Of a DNA stretch of 64,000 bases, positions 38,836 through 52,109 are shown in pieces. Both the position numbers and the translations under genes were made by a program. The notes under the pieces are model-generated. The model did no database searches and was not told the origin of the DNA. It saw only the letters and a program-made list of their open reading frames with translations. How positions within the stretch are numbered: position 1 is the stretch's first letter; the number at the start of each line of letters is the position of its first letter. The stretch is taken from contig NC_043005.1 of NCBI RefSeq assembly GCF_006345805.1, positions 46,934,001-46,998,000 of the forward strand, written 5' to 3'. This DNA comes from Octopus sinensis (lineage: Eukaryota).

Positions 38836-41219
38836 TATATACATATATATATACATATATACATGTATACATATATATATATATACATATATATACACAT
38901 ATATATATATACATTTATATATATACATATATATATACATATATATATATGTATACATATACATATATACATGTATATACATACATACTTTATATATATA
39001 TAATACATACGTATGTAGGTATATAATTATTAAGAGTATTCGTACGAAAAGGCAGTTTCATATCCAACTTAATGTAAATGTTATCGTTGAGAAATCGCGG
39101 TGCATAGAAGCACAAAGAAGAATCGTATCGAACAAGAATCGTTTTTTATGGGCAATGAAATTCCCATATCACAAAAGAAACACTCATAGGTACCCGTCAA
39201 ATCGTAGACAACATTCAACTAAAATATCATGCAATGAGATCGAACACGTAACTAGGTGGCTGTGAAAAGAAACTTTTAACTTCACAGCCAATATACTTCA
39301 GTATTTAGTTTGGTTACCTGCATAGTTCAAATGATGAACTGAAATACATTCAATCTACTAAAGTTCACTCTGTTCACTTTTGACATACACCTAATGTACA
39401 GTATACCAAATGAAAAATATTTCCTTTTGTTGTCAAGAGTGAGTTCTTTACGCTGCCGTTTCAGTTTCCATTTGAAATCCAGTTGAATCATTCTGCGTCT
39501 CTGAAGACTTTGCTAAAACACGACAGAGTTATATTCTCGATTGAAAATTATAACATCTTTGTGTCTTGCTAAAACAAACCAACATTAAATAATAACTTTT
39601 GGATAACATCAAGCAATACTGCTATATAATATTGAACCTGTGCATACTTGATTAAACTTACTAACTAACATATCAAAGTCCACTTCATTGTATCTGTTTA
39701 TTCAGACATGATTCTCCAGAGAATTCTTCCCCTTTTAAATCAAAAAGTAATGTAATTCTATTCAGCTAATATCCCTTCAACTAAAAGCCTTACTGGACAA
39801 CCTATCCCCAAACAGTTCAGATGTACAGTGACACTAGTAAATTATTTCAATGTTCTTCGTATTTCTTCGACATGTTTTCTGTCTTTAGAGACTTGTCTGT
39901 TCTCTTGATACTCTTTCAGAACGGAACAGTGTTAAGCAAACGCAAAAGATGCTGTCAAAATCCAATTTTAATATCGGAATGTCCGAACAACGTCATTCCC
40001 AGCGGAATTCTGAAAAGTTTGTTTTTATTCAAACTATATTTTCCTTTAAATGGAAAAAGTTAGCAGAAACATAAGTAAATAATTTCGATAAGGATTAATA
40101 ATTATTTGGATCAGCTAATACAAAGAAAGTTCTGTATTGAGATGTCACATGACCATATCAAGGAGGAACTAGCTCTGTATGACGGAAAGGAAAGAAAACA
40201 AAGAGATGTAATGATATATTTTTAAAAAGTATTTTCGTTCCATAACTTCTCAAATTGTAATTCTTTCCGCCAGAAATTCTATTAGAAATATTTTCTTTGT
40301 CAAAGCATTGTAACTAAAAACTTTACTTCAGTATATTTTAAACGCCATTATCAATAAGAATAATTGTTTCTTAATTGAGTAGAAGGTCAGACATTCGGAG
40401 TTGGGGTTCTGACGATTATATTGTCATTAGTATTTGACAGTTACTTATATTATGGATACAGCAGGTGTGAAAAACAGTATTGAGTACAATGCGATTCGAA
40501 ATTTGTAACTCATGAACAATGATAATGATGATTATTTTTACAATAGACATAAGACCGAGCATTGTTCGACAAACAGTGGGATATGAGCGCTTGATAACAT
40601 TCTAGGAGCCCTCATGCTGTTCATGCTTGATTCGGTACCGAAGCTCTATTGGAGAGAACTGTGGAAAAACATTTTTAACAAAAAGTGACCCCACCTCCTT
40701 ACTATCAAGAAAACCTTGGAGATGCCAGCGCCCCAGCGCATATCTGCGCATTTGTTAAAGGAAACGACACAACTTTTAACTCTATTCAGAACTCGTTCGT
40801 CTTTTCTCTGTGAGAAGATTTAAGCCCAGAACATCCATGCAGATGCAGAGTTTGAAAGACATTCCGTCCGGCGCTCAACCAGTCTACCTTAATCTACCTC
40901 ATTGGAAGATTATTTTATATTCAGACCGAATACAAGCTTTCGAATATCGTTAACCACTTATATTATTTTATTCTTTTAATTGTTTCAGTAATTTGACTGC
41001 AGCCATGTCAAATTAAAAAATTAAAAAATAAAAAAAAAACAACAAAAAGTAAACACAGTCAACCCAATGTATTGCGATTGGCTTAAATGTTATCTCATAA
41101 GATTCTAAGTTTATAACAATTAAGAACTTATAAACGCAAACAGACGAACAACGAGCGATTCGAAGCCGCATGTTACTGATATCATCACCATCACAATAAT
41201 AACAAAAAACAATAGCAAT

Positions 41220-41790
41220 AATCCTTTCTACTTTAGGCACAAAGTGTGAAATTGTGTAGAAGGGGATAATCGATTACAGTGCGTAACTGGTACTTATTTC
41301 ATCGACCCCGGAAAGTTAAACGTAAAGTGGCTACGGCGGAATTCTATCTCTTTACTACCCACAAGGGGCTTAAACACAGAGAGGACAAACAAGGACAGAC
41401 AAACGAATTAAGTCGAATATAGCGACCACAGTGCGTAACTGGTACTTATTTAATCGACCCCGAAAGGATGAAAGGCAAAGTCGTCCTCGGCGGAATTTTA
41501 ACTCACAACGTAACAGCAGACGAAATACTGCTAAGCATTTCGCCCGGCGTGCTAACGTTTCTGCCAGCTCGCCGCCTTTGGTAATTATTATAATAATCCA
41601 TTCTACTATAGTCACAAGGCCTGAAATTTGGGGGTAGGGGACTAGTCAATTTCGTCGACCCTAATTTTTCACAGGTACTTAATTTATCGACCCCTAAAAG
41701 ATGAAAGGCAAACTCGACCTCAGCTGAATTTGAGCTCAGAACGTCAAGGCATTTCGCCCGGCGTCCAAACGATTCTGCCAGCTCGCCGCC
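41220..41790 (-). mobile_element. Cluster of three SINE family B copies (41220-41343 partial, 41344-41577 long tail, 41595-41790 short tail)
   Basis: Repeated gccagctcgccgcc 5' ends and cgacccc..aaaggatgaaaggcaaa.tcgacctc central domains. Confidence 0.9.
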
Positions 41791-44114
41791 TTATACAATA
41801 ATAATGATAATCCTGTTTCAAATTTATAGCTATTTGAAATATACAAAATAATGTTGAAATGTTCCACAACGTTGCTTTGAGACCATTATTTATATGATTA
41901 AGCAATTGCTCAGTGAATATTTAAATATTTGTCGGCAAGACGACAACCAGTGGATAATATCCGATGATGATGGAATGTATGATGGATGTCCTGAAAATTA
42001 TTTTATCGTTTTCTCTTCTGTTTTATGTTCTGCTTTTTCTCATAATCAGTATCTAATAAATTTTCTCCAAGTATTTTTTATATATTGTCACCTTCTCTAC
42101 CTTTCTCACACATCTTGAGTTTATGTTTATTTCTCGGTGGCATATGCTTTAGAAATCCGTAATCCTCAGAAAGTCGACCAGAATTTTTAATCTGTTAGCT
42201 CTAAGGCTGATAATAATAGTAATAATTTGCTGGTACTTATTGATAGTTTCTCAAATACTGATAGAAATGAGCTTGTGTCATTAATATCGAGGTGTATCGA
42301 TATTTCAAACAAGTACTGGCAAGACAGCACTATTTTCTGTTTAGGCCCTCTTTTTAAAAGAATTCTTGAACTTCCACCAAAGTTTGATGCATCTATATAG
42401 TACATAATCGCATATGAAGTACTTTTTAAAATAGGAATAACAACAAGAATCTATGAGTAAGAAGGGTATATTCTACTTGAAGCATCCTACTATATTGTGT
42501 TCGATTGTTACACAGCATCGATATCCTGTTAGCAGGCTTGGTCAACAATGAAGGTGAATAGTCATGCAGTAATCCAAAAGACCAGAGTAATATATATAGT
42601 TACTTTACCTATAGTTTTCCCTAACTCCCAATACACATGTTTACTGCAGTACTATAATGGAATTCTTTTGTTACATCCAAGAGTGTGTCTCTGCTGCACA
42701 CACAAACATCTTAATCCACATCCAGTATAAAACGCTACACGGAATCGGTCGTCTGCACACGCCAGCACTGTTCTGTAACCACGCTCTGCTTTTTTTTACT
42801 TTCTACAATGTTCTCTATTACTAGTTGGCTGGCTTCATGCCAACAGAGTAGAGACTCACGACTCACACATCCCTAACTTGTACTATCTGTGTTGTGTCCA
42901 ATGTAAGATCCCTTCATCAACAGTTAAACTCTATCATTCATTTACTGAAGGCAAGCTACGAAGAATTCTATCAATGATCTTATTTTCCTGTTGTACCACC
43001 AGATGTTCAAGAAGAGCATCTGCTGCATCGACATATCGACATCACTTAGCTGGGAGTTCTTGTGACAGCCACAGCCACTGTCCTTCTCTGGGACAAACCT
43101 TCGCACACTCAGACACACATGTATGTATATATAATGTACTGATCCGTGAAGAAAATTTACCATCAAAAAGTATTCTATCTCTTGAGAGATGAATACTATT
43201 TATTTAAGGTCACAATACATGTATTAAAGCGCTACAAATAGTTTAATATGTCGAGAGAACGCAAACATATTCTCTAGGCGCAAAGCACGAATACACACAT
43301 ATATATGTATGTATGTGTGTCTCTCTCTCCTTCTCTCTCTCCCCCTCTCTCTCCCCCTCTCTCTCTCCCTGTCTCTGTGAAAAGAATTGAAGAGGAAAGT
43401 ATTGAAAGAGAACGATTAGGAAAACAAATAATGGAGAGAAAAGTTCGAAAGAGAAAAGAAATTAAAAGCCCAACAACTGCGTTCCCTCATTCATTATCCA
43501 CAAAGACAATTGATCCGCTATTGCTATGGGCTTAACTAAATTGGATTGGCCAGTTTGTATACAATAGTAAACTGAAAATTTCGTGAATTCTTGTGGAACA
43601 TAAACATATAAACATATCACGTTAATCTCTTTATCTGCTTAAACATGTCGGAAATTATCATGACATTTTCATCAGATAAAAAGTGACCCTCATCCTCCCC
43701 ACCACAGACGAAACTTTAGGCAATCGTCATTTCAATCAAAAACAAGCCAGGAATTATCTGAATCTGACTAATTTGCATATCATGCGTTTGCTTCGAATAA
43801 TTAATAATTGAATAATGGATAAATATTTTATGTACTTTGCATATTAGAATAGCTAAGATACTTCTATAGATAATCTCAAGTTCGTAAAGCTTTTGCTGTG
43901 AAAGTTAAACAATGTTAGATACCTTTTGTTAGTCTCTCTATACATAAAAGACAAAAATAACAGGATTCTATCCTAACATGCTTTATAACTTGTTGGCTAA
44001 TCATTAAAGGTCAATTAGTTACTAAACTATGTCCATTATATTTATATTATTAGTTTGGTTGCTTCGACCGAATTATTTCTTCTTTTCCAAGACCAAAATA
44101 ACGATTATATATAT

Positions 44115-44330
44115 GGATTTCAAATTTTGGCACAAGGCCAGCAATTTCGAGGTGGGGAGTAAATCGGTTATATCGACTCCAAGTTTTCGACTGGTACTTA
44201 TTTTATCGACCCCCGAAAGGATGGAAGGCAAAAGTCAACCTCGGAGGAATTTGAACTCAAAACGTAAAAACGGACGAAATGCCGCTAAGCATTTTTCCCG
44301 GTGTATTAACAACTCTTCCAGCTCGCTCCC
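44115..44330 (-). mobile_element. SINE family B, short-tail variant
   Basis: ttcaaattttggcacaaggccagcaatttc..actggtacttattttatcgacccccgaaaggatg..gaatttgaactc..ccagctcgc. Confidence 0.9.
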
Positions 44331-45814
44331 TCATAATAATTATATACATTAAACTGTGTGTACATGTGATAAGCTATTGTTGATCTGAAGTAAAAGTTTT
44401 ACCGCGTTCTGTTTGAGATGAAGATGTCTATGGTGTTAGATGTCCGCGAGTAGAGCCTAAAAATAACAAATAATTTAAGAAAGTACTAATATACTTAATG
44501 TAAAATATAAATAAATAAATACCCCCCCCCCAAAAAAAAACAGAAACAAAATTCGAAATGTTAATTAAAATTATATTCCTTATAATAAGAAAATATCACT
44601 ATCTGTTTGTGATTAGACATTTCCGGGATTTTCCATAAAATCAGTTAAAGATTAATTTGCGGTGATATTAGGGTGAATTGAGAAAGTCGATAGAACCTCA
44701 GTTATATTACTATGCAAAGTTCATTTCTTTGTGCTTTGTGTCCAAACTTTACTGCAGTTAAGCTCACCATTTTTCGGTTCGAGAAATGTGTCGTTACGGA
44801 GATCAATTCTCCCTCTTTTGCCTTTGCTTCTTTTTCTCTCCAATACAGGTGGCCAGATGTATGAGCTCTACAAGCTTTAGATGCTCAAAACATGTTGGAT
44901 GTCATGGTGTTGCCACCAGATTCTGCTAAGATTTGAGTTTTCAAGTCAAACTAAAGCAGTGAGGAGTATGTCTATTTTTGCCAATGTGTTGACAAATTCG
45001 GACATGCTTCAGTATTATATTTCGATAGAACTCATTCAGTGAAGCAGAACCTAAACTGGAATAGAAGGTCTTAGAATGACTAAAGAGAATATTGAGTTTT
45101 CATGAACGAACACTGAGTTGCATGAGTCCTTAGAGAATAACAGGAAGAAATACTGAGGGAAGTCTATTGAAAATATTGTCTTTTCGATTATAAAGGAAAA
45201 TCAGTATGTTAAGAGAAGATAAACATAGGGCCACGTTTTGAGATCACATGGTCTCCCAAATCAATATCAAGATGAATAAAGTAAAATGGTTTCAATCAGC
45301 TGTTATTATTTATTATGGGTAGTGTTAGAATGATGAGTTATTGAAGATTGAATCAATCAAGTATATAACTTGTACTTGATGCAGAGATGCCGGTAAGATT
45401 TAAAAGGATGGTTATGAAGAAAACACATTTGTTATAAAACACCAAATATTTTGTAACGTCGTTGTAAGTGAACAACATTCAGCAACATACTTTGTCAGAC
45501 TTCTACTAGTCTTTATTGGTCAATAAAAACAATTTTATATTATTGTTCATCACATTGAAATTTCTTGACGATACTGAAGCATCAATAAAATTGGTTGGTT
45601 TATGGAAAAAAAAAAGAGGGAAAATTACACCAAACAGATTAAGTACGGTGGATTTTGGGGAATGTTTACAGTCGTTCTGAAAATAAAAAAGATAAGCTTA
45701 ATTTTCGTTGTGTTATGTTTTCAATAAAGAAAGCTAGTAAAAGTCACTTTGGAATATTTTTCTATTGAATTCATCTATATATTACGTTTAACATACAATC
45801 TTGTTCATACATAT

Positions 45815-46030
45815 GTTTACTTGCTTCAGATTTCAGTCACTAGACTGCGGCCATGCTGGGGCACAGCCTTGAAGAATTTCAGTCGAATGAAACAACCCTA
45901 GTACTTTGTTTGTAAGAGCCTTGTACTTACTCTATCAGAAACTTTTACCGAGACGCTAGGTTAATGTGACGTGAACACACCAACACCGGTTGTCAAGTAA
46001 TGGCGGGAGACAAACACTGACATAGATACC
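45815..46030 (-). mobile_element. SINE family A, 3' half
   Basis: tttcagtcactagactgcggccatgctggggcac..agtcgaatga..acaccaacaccggttgtcaag. Confidence 0.85.
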
Positions 46031-46040
46031 CCCATATATA

Positions 46041-46085
<45 letters not shown>

Positions 46086-46087
<2 letters not shown>

Positions 46088-46282
46088 GGTAAACACATAA
46101 ATGTGAAACAAGGTGGAAAAAAGAGTACTCAAATACCAGTGGTAGAGTAATATGCTTTATTTAAAGCAGCAGAAAATTCAACAAAACCTGTTACTCTGAA
46201 TTTCGCAAAAACTGTCCGATGAACGGCAACGCGAAACTCAGAGTAACAGGTTTTGTTGAATTTTCTGCTGCTTAAATAAAGT
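46086..46282. mobile_element. Fold-back mini-element (Penelope pLTR-like) in a TA microsatellite
   Basis: ~50-bp inverted arms at 46155-46206 and 46231-46281. Family shared with 10407-10588. Confidence 0.8.
46208..46254 (+). ncRNA. Minimal type-I hammerhead ribozyme candidate
   Basis: aaaactgt-CCGATGA-acg(gcaa)cgc-GAAAC-tcaga-GTA^acaggtttt: stem I ctgt/acag, GNRA-capped stem II, quasi-palindromic stem III ACTC-A-GAGT, GUA triplet (predicted cut after 46245). Deviations are U4C and an A-C 10.1/11.1 mismatch. Confidence 0.65.
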
Positions 46283-46314
46283 ATATATATATATATATAT
46301 ATACATACATACAT

Positions 46315-46365
<51 letters not shown>

Positions 46366-46367
46366 TA

Positions 46368-46400
<33 letters not shown>

Positions 46401-46446
46401 GTATAGACATGGTGTGGTGAATATATTGAGATACTAAAGAGCAAAT

Positions 46447-46733
46447 TTATTCAATAAAATCGCCATTAGCTTCAACCACAGTCTCCAGACGACTTGGGAA
46501 TCTCCTGTAGCTCTCCTGGACAGGCCTCTTGTTTAAGTTGGTGAATGTTGCCATAGTACTTGCCTACAGTTCATCTTTGGTGATACAAAAAGTTTTGTTG
46601 CTCTCTTGCGCAACTGCACCCACACATAATAATCAAGTGGCTTGCAGTGTTGAGAGTTAGGTGACCAGATGTTAGGGGTGATGTGGTCGTAGAAACTATC
46701 TGACAGCCATGACTGTGTTTTCTTGCTTGTGTC
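46447..46733 (-). pseudogene. Tc1/mariner-superfamily (maT/DD37D-like) transposase C-terminal remnant
   Basis: TSKKTQSWLSDSFYDHITPNIWSPNSQHCKPLDYYVW..TKDEL*..FPSRLETVVEANGDFIE* (degenerate WPP.SPDLNPLDY..W and 'RL..VV.A.G..IE'). Confidence 0.8.
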
Positions 46734-46853
46734 GGCAGAATTTCAACTTACAACATAAGGAGCAGAAACAAGTGTCGCAATGCATGTTTTTGACGTTTTA
46801 GCGAGTCTATCGATCTAATCCTACATACATCATATATACAAATGCATACATAT

Positions 46854-47155
46854 GTTTGTTCCTTCTCGAGCCATGCCTGGCTTATAAGGGCCGGTTTCCC
46901 GGTTTCTTGGCGTATAGGTTCCCTACCTGGACGGGACGCCGGTCCGTCGCAGGTGAGCTGCAAGATGCAGGAGGAAAGAGTTAGAGAAAGTTGTGACGAA
47001 AGAGTCAGCAGAAGTTCGCCATTACCTTCTGCCAGAGCAGCGTGGAGCTTAGGTGTTTCGCTCATAAACACACACACATCGCCCAGTCTGAGATTCGAAC
47101 ACGCGATCCCTCGACCGCGAGTCCGCTGCTCTAATCACTAGGCCATGTACCTCCA
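46854..47155 (-). mobile_element. tRNA-derived SINE family D
   Basis: Minus strand: tggcctagtgattagagcagcggactcgcggtcgagggatcgcgtgttcgaatctc head; tail gcgacggaccggcgtcccgtccag..gggaaaccggcc..ggctcgagaaggaacaaac. Confidence 0.85.
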
Positions 47156-47162
47156 CACTAAA

Positions 47163-47409
47163 TGCGCCCTTTTAAATCCTAGCGAGGCTCATGAGCCCGG
47201 TTTCCCTGCTTCAATGACATACGTGCTCCCCAGCTGGACGGGACGCCGGTCCATCGCAGCGATACTCATTTTTTCCCAGCTGAGTGGACTAGAGCAACGT
47301 GAAATGAAGTGTTTTGCTCAAGAACACAACGCGTCGTCAGGTCTAGGAATCGAAACCACAATCTTACGATCATGATGCTGACACCCTAACCACTAAGCCA
47401 CGCGCCTCC
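47163..47409 (-). mobile_element. SINE with family C head/core and family D-type tail
   Basis: Minus strand: ggcgcgtggcttagtggttag..ttcgattcc..gttgtgttcttgagcaaaacacttcatttcacgttgct..gcgatggaccggcgtcccgtccag..gggaaaccggg. Confidence 0.85.
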
Positions 47410-47498
47410 AGAAATGCATACATACATATAAATACAAACATACGCACAAACACACACACACACACGCTCACACACACACACACAGGCACATACATATA

Positions 47499-47720
47499 CA
47501 AAGGGATACTGAAAAGTTTCTGGCTTTGGGTAAAAGAAAACACAGGAGGATCAGTGAATTGTGATTTTGTTCAACAAATTTTTCTCTCAGATTCACAAAT
47601 TCATTGAAGTGGTGCTTTAGTTTTTCTAAGTCCTGTAAAAATACTTAGATGGTTGGGCCTACAACCAGGCCTTTCGCGATACTTTTAAGATAAAACCAGT
47701 AACTTTTCAGCATCCCTTCG
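47499..47720. mobile_element. Mariner-type MITE (~220 bp), copy 1
   Basis: TA|caaagggatactgaaaagtttctgg ... ccagtaacttttcagcatcccttcg|TA. Internal sequence is shared with 60052-60266. Confidence 0.85.
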
Positions 47721-47767
47721 TATACATAGATATATATCTATATGCATCTGTGTCCATATATGTATGT

Positions 47768-47830
<63 letters not shown>

Positions 47831-49619
47831 CATGTATATGTATGTGTGTGTTTATGTGTGTATTTATTGTATGTTTTTATGTACGCTTGCATGTACCTGT
47901 GTATGTGTTCTTTGAATTGTTTCATTCGATCGCTTACGAATTGGAACTCTTTCCAATCGCATCCCAGCACTTTAGTTTTCACCTATCGTTTCTATTTATT
48001 AAACAGTGCTTTGCTTATTGTTTATCCTAGAATATAAATAATAATGATGTTTGCCTCCTCAGAGTGGAAAAAAAAAGTAGGTAAATAAAATAACAGCCAA
48101 GCCAGGCTAGTGGGTCGTATAGAATACATCATTTAAAGTAATATTTTGCACTCAGAAATAATCTTCACCAATTATAAGAAAGGAACATGATAGTTACATT
48201 TAGCGGTTCGACGGAGATGGATAGAAAAATAGATTAATTGATGTAAAAGCAAGTATGTTATTTGGTAGATGATAATACGTAGGTAGATAGATCTTTAGTA
48301 ACAAACGGCACTTGTTCTTCGAGCTATATCAAATCTGTTGTTTTCACTTGATGTTTTTCAATCTCCTGTTTATCACACACATTTCGCCAAGTCTCTTTTC
48401 GATGTGTTTTCTTAAAATTTTCTTCTTTTTCCGATTATTCTTCACCATTCTTTCAACTTTTGTCACAACTCATTTTCTTTTTCCTATCTTCAAAACCTAC
48501 CAATTATTCTACACATCGTCTTTTTTCTTTCCTTCTTCTGTTGCTCTTTCTTGTTTCCTAACATTTTTCTTACTGTTTTTGTTAAGGTGCTTCATTTTCT
48601 CAGCTTATTTTGTTCAGTACATACGTTGTTCTTTCTCCATTTTATCTATTTTCTTCTAAATTATTCTTTTTTTCTTTTCTTTTTTTTTTCGATTCGGTTT
48701 CGTGAGACTAACACATCTGTTTATTTAAGTTGTCCTCTTTGTCATGGCGTTTTTATCTCTTTCCACGTTTACACAGGCATTTCTAATATCAATATAGCAA
48801 ATATTGATCTAACAATTCCAACAGAACTTTGTTGTAATTTATTATAGATACATTTCTCTTGTTTTCCTACTGATGTATTACATATTGTAATCTTTTTCTC
48901 ATCACTATGATATCAATCTTAAAGGTTTATATTAATTATAATCGAAACAGTCGCTATTTGTCTTCTCATATGTTTATTTCATTGTATTTCCAAGCATTTT
49001 AATCATTTATCAGATAGTTATAGTTTTGTAATGAATAATGTTTAACTAGATAATATCAGTTTGATACTGTACGGTTGTCTGTTCTATAATATCTTCTAAG
49101 AAGAATTTCTAATTTTCATCCGATCAGTCTAAAGATAAATAAAATAATTGTCAAAGCATAGCAGAGATTACTGGCGTCTCTTAATCGATTATTTTATTTA
49201 ATATACAGTTGATCGTTTTCAGTCAGCATTTAACTTCAAATATATAAATCACAAGAAAATGTTCAAATTCTAAGTCTAAGTACAGATTAACCTACTTTTT
49301 TGAAGCAATTAGAGTCATTATATTCAGTGCAAATTAGAGACAGGGGAAAAGAGAAAGAGAGAGAGGGGAGAGAAATGAAGGGAGGCAGGCATAGTATTTA
49401 TCATGGGGCTGTTTGTTATTTTTCTTTTTTTTAAACGGTAAGTTACAGAAAACACAACTAGAGCAATACTCATGAATCTTCGAAGTTATTCAATCATGCA
49501 CTTAACGCGGGTTAATAGAAACGCATTAAATATACAATTTCTTTATATTAATAATTTGGTAAATAAGAACGAAACTAATGCTTAAGAAGGAACATCATCG
49601 AAAATTATGTTATTTATTA

Positions 49620-49703
49620 GAAAATTCCCAGTTGAGAGCAATGTATGTATGTATCTATTTATCTATCTATATATCTATATTTATCTATCTATCTATTTAT
49701 TTT

Positions 49704-49797
<94 letters not shown>
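49620..49797. repeat. Compound (TATC)n/(CT)n/(TA)n microsatellite
   Basis: Directly visible. Confidence 0.9.
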
Positions 49798-49948
49798 GGT
49801 GCAGGTAATGTGTGGTAAGAATCTTCCTTCCCAACCACATGGTTCCAGGTTCAGTTCCAGTGCGTGACACCTTGGGTAAATATCTTCAATAGCCTCAGAT
49901 CGACCAAAACCTTGTGAGTGGATTTGTTAGATGGAAACTGATAGAAGC

Positions 49949-49950
<2 letters not shown>
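49798..49950 (+). mobile_element. SINE family A, 5' half
   Basis: tgtgtggtaag..ccaaccacatggttccaggttcagttcca..caccttggg..cttgtgagtggatttg..ggaaactg, then (TA)n. Confidence 0.85.
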
Positions 49951-50000
<50 letters not shown>

Positions 50001-50092
50001 CGAAGTTAGGAACCTAACGGTTTCACACTTCTCTTCAGGTGAATAATGTAATGACAGTAATCTTGTTTACGATTATGAATATTAATGGTACT

Positions 50093-50752
50093 AATTCTTT
50101 CAATTGTAGGAACAAAGCCTGGAATTTGTAGAAAGGTGTAGTCAGTTACAACGACCATAGTACGCAACAGGTATTTATTTTATCGACCTCCGGGAGGATA
50201 AAAGGTAAAGTCGACTTGGGCGCAAATGGAATTTAGTGTAAAAAGACGGACGAAATACCACTGACCAATTTGTTCGGCGTGATAACGATTCTTACAGCTC
50301 GCCACCTTATATGATAGTAACAATAATCTTTTTTACTTAAGGCACAAGGCTTGAATTTTTCAGACAGCGGGCTCGTCGACTATATCGACTCATTTTTCAA
50401 CAAGTACTAATTTCTTTGACCACGAAAGGATGAAAAGCGAAGTCGACCTTGGTAGAATTTGAACTGAAAATATAAAGACACACGAAACGCTGCTAAGCTT
50501 TTTGTCCGACGTGCTAGCGTTTCTGCCAGTTCACCACTTTCTGAATGATCATAATAATGATTTCAAATTTTGGCACAAGGCCAGCAATTTCGACGGGGGT
50601 CTAAGTCGATTACACCAACACCAGTGCTCTACTGGTACTTAATTTATCGACCCCAAAATGTTAAAAGGCAAAGTCCACCTTCGTGAAATTTGAACTCAGA
50701 GTGTGAAGACGAACGAAATGCCGCTAAGCATTTCGACTGGCGTGCTAAGATT
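50093..50752 (-). mobile_element. Tandem array of three SINE family B copies
   Basis: Units at ~50093-50308, 50325-50540 and 50555-50752, separated by short (aat)n spacers. Confidence 0.88.
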
Positions 50753-52109
50753 ACTTGTAATGGAGGTCATCCAAGTCTCTTGTGTATTGTTACGATTTCC
50801 TCGAAAGTATTACAAATTATATAGATCTGTGTATGTTTGCAATATATGTATGTGTATCGTGTGTGTGTGTGTGTGTGCGTGTGTGTGTGTGTGCATGTGT
50901 GTTTGAGAATATGTGTTTGTGTGCGTACGTGCGTGCGTGTGTATGTTTGCCTACGTGTGCACCGTAGCTGATGTGGAATTACATCCTGCTAGCAAGTAAA
51001 TGTGTTTGAATGTCCTGAAGGTTGAATTACATACTTAATATGATCAATTATTGTTCAAATCTGAAGGTGTAATAAATGAAAAAGTTTTTGACGGTATTCA
51101 CATCTCATTTTCTTCGGAAACATAGAACTGACACGCTAGACAGTGAAACCATAAATTAAATTAAGAAAAAAGATCTACAGTTCTTTTTATCAAGTAACTA
51201 TGCCTATTGGCACATTGTTGCCACGTAGAGTGGCTTTAGTCTAGCTTAACATCACTGGATCATTCCGTTAGTGGATTTGGCTTTACTAATAGCTTTTTAT
51301 TGATCAATGTCTTTCATTGTTATCTTTTATTTCCCCTTTATCACAAAAGCCATAAAAACAGATAAGCTCTTTCTTTTTTCCTTTTCGATTTTGTTGCTGT
51401 TATATATATGTTTTAGAATATAGGGCAGGTCAGGTTCTACTTGTTACTAGCTCCATGTAACTGAGTAAAATCTGTATTATAAGCTCGTCATCGGTAACTT
51501 AAGTGTCCTGGCTGCTGTACAGTTTAATTGATGCGGTGGTGTATGGATATCCAGCAGGATGAAAATAAAAACTCATCAAAAATCAATAAAAGAAAGAAAA
51601 AAACAACCAATGGAGAAGCTGGCGGCCAACAGCACCTGGAAATGAAACAAGGGTCTCCTGGTTCTTTCATTATTGAAAAACAGTATTGTTAGGCACCTAC
51701 GGCGCCCTTATGCTGCACATTTGTGATGCATGGCTGAGTATATAATAAATATATTTGGGATGTAAGAATAGAAGAAGATGAGGATAATGGGGCGATTGAT
51801 ATTAACAGAGATAAAAGATTTTATGAGAAAATATGAGGTTAAATCGTATAGGCTTTAAGATAGAAAGTTAGGTTTTACAGATGCAGCATTAATCATCCAG
51901 CCACGTTAGTGGTTGAATATATTCTTAAGTCCATCATTTCGTCAATCGCAGCAGCTCCCAAGCTTCACCACTTATTCAGTTCTCAACTGTTCTCAACTGT
52001 TAATAGTTTTAAAGAGGACACCTCCTCAACTACACTTTGGCATAAATAGTTTGAGATTTGGTTCGGTAGAAAAAAAGTTACATCAAAATATCTGGAAAAA
52101 TCGTGTTTA

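Noticed and set aside
38266-39003. 245-aa ORF
   Set aside because: Concatenation of (CT)n, an antisense SINE and (TA)n.
42480-43150. Possible highly decayed RTE RT fragment (minus strand)
   Set aside because: Motif resemblance is too weak to support without a search.
44780-45100. Possible Tc1-like remnant (also 39700-39870)
   Set aside because: Only partial 'PPDS.DL'-like words; not reconstructable.
48900-48960. Hammerhead-like GAAACAGTC
   Set aside because: No recognisable CUGANGA core or stem I.
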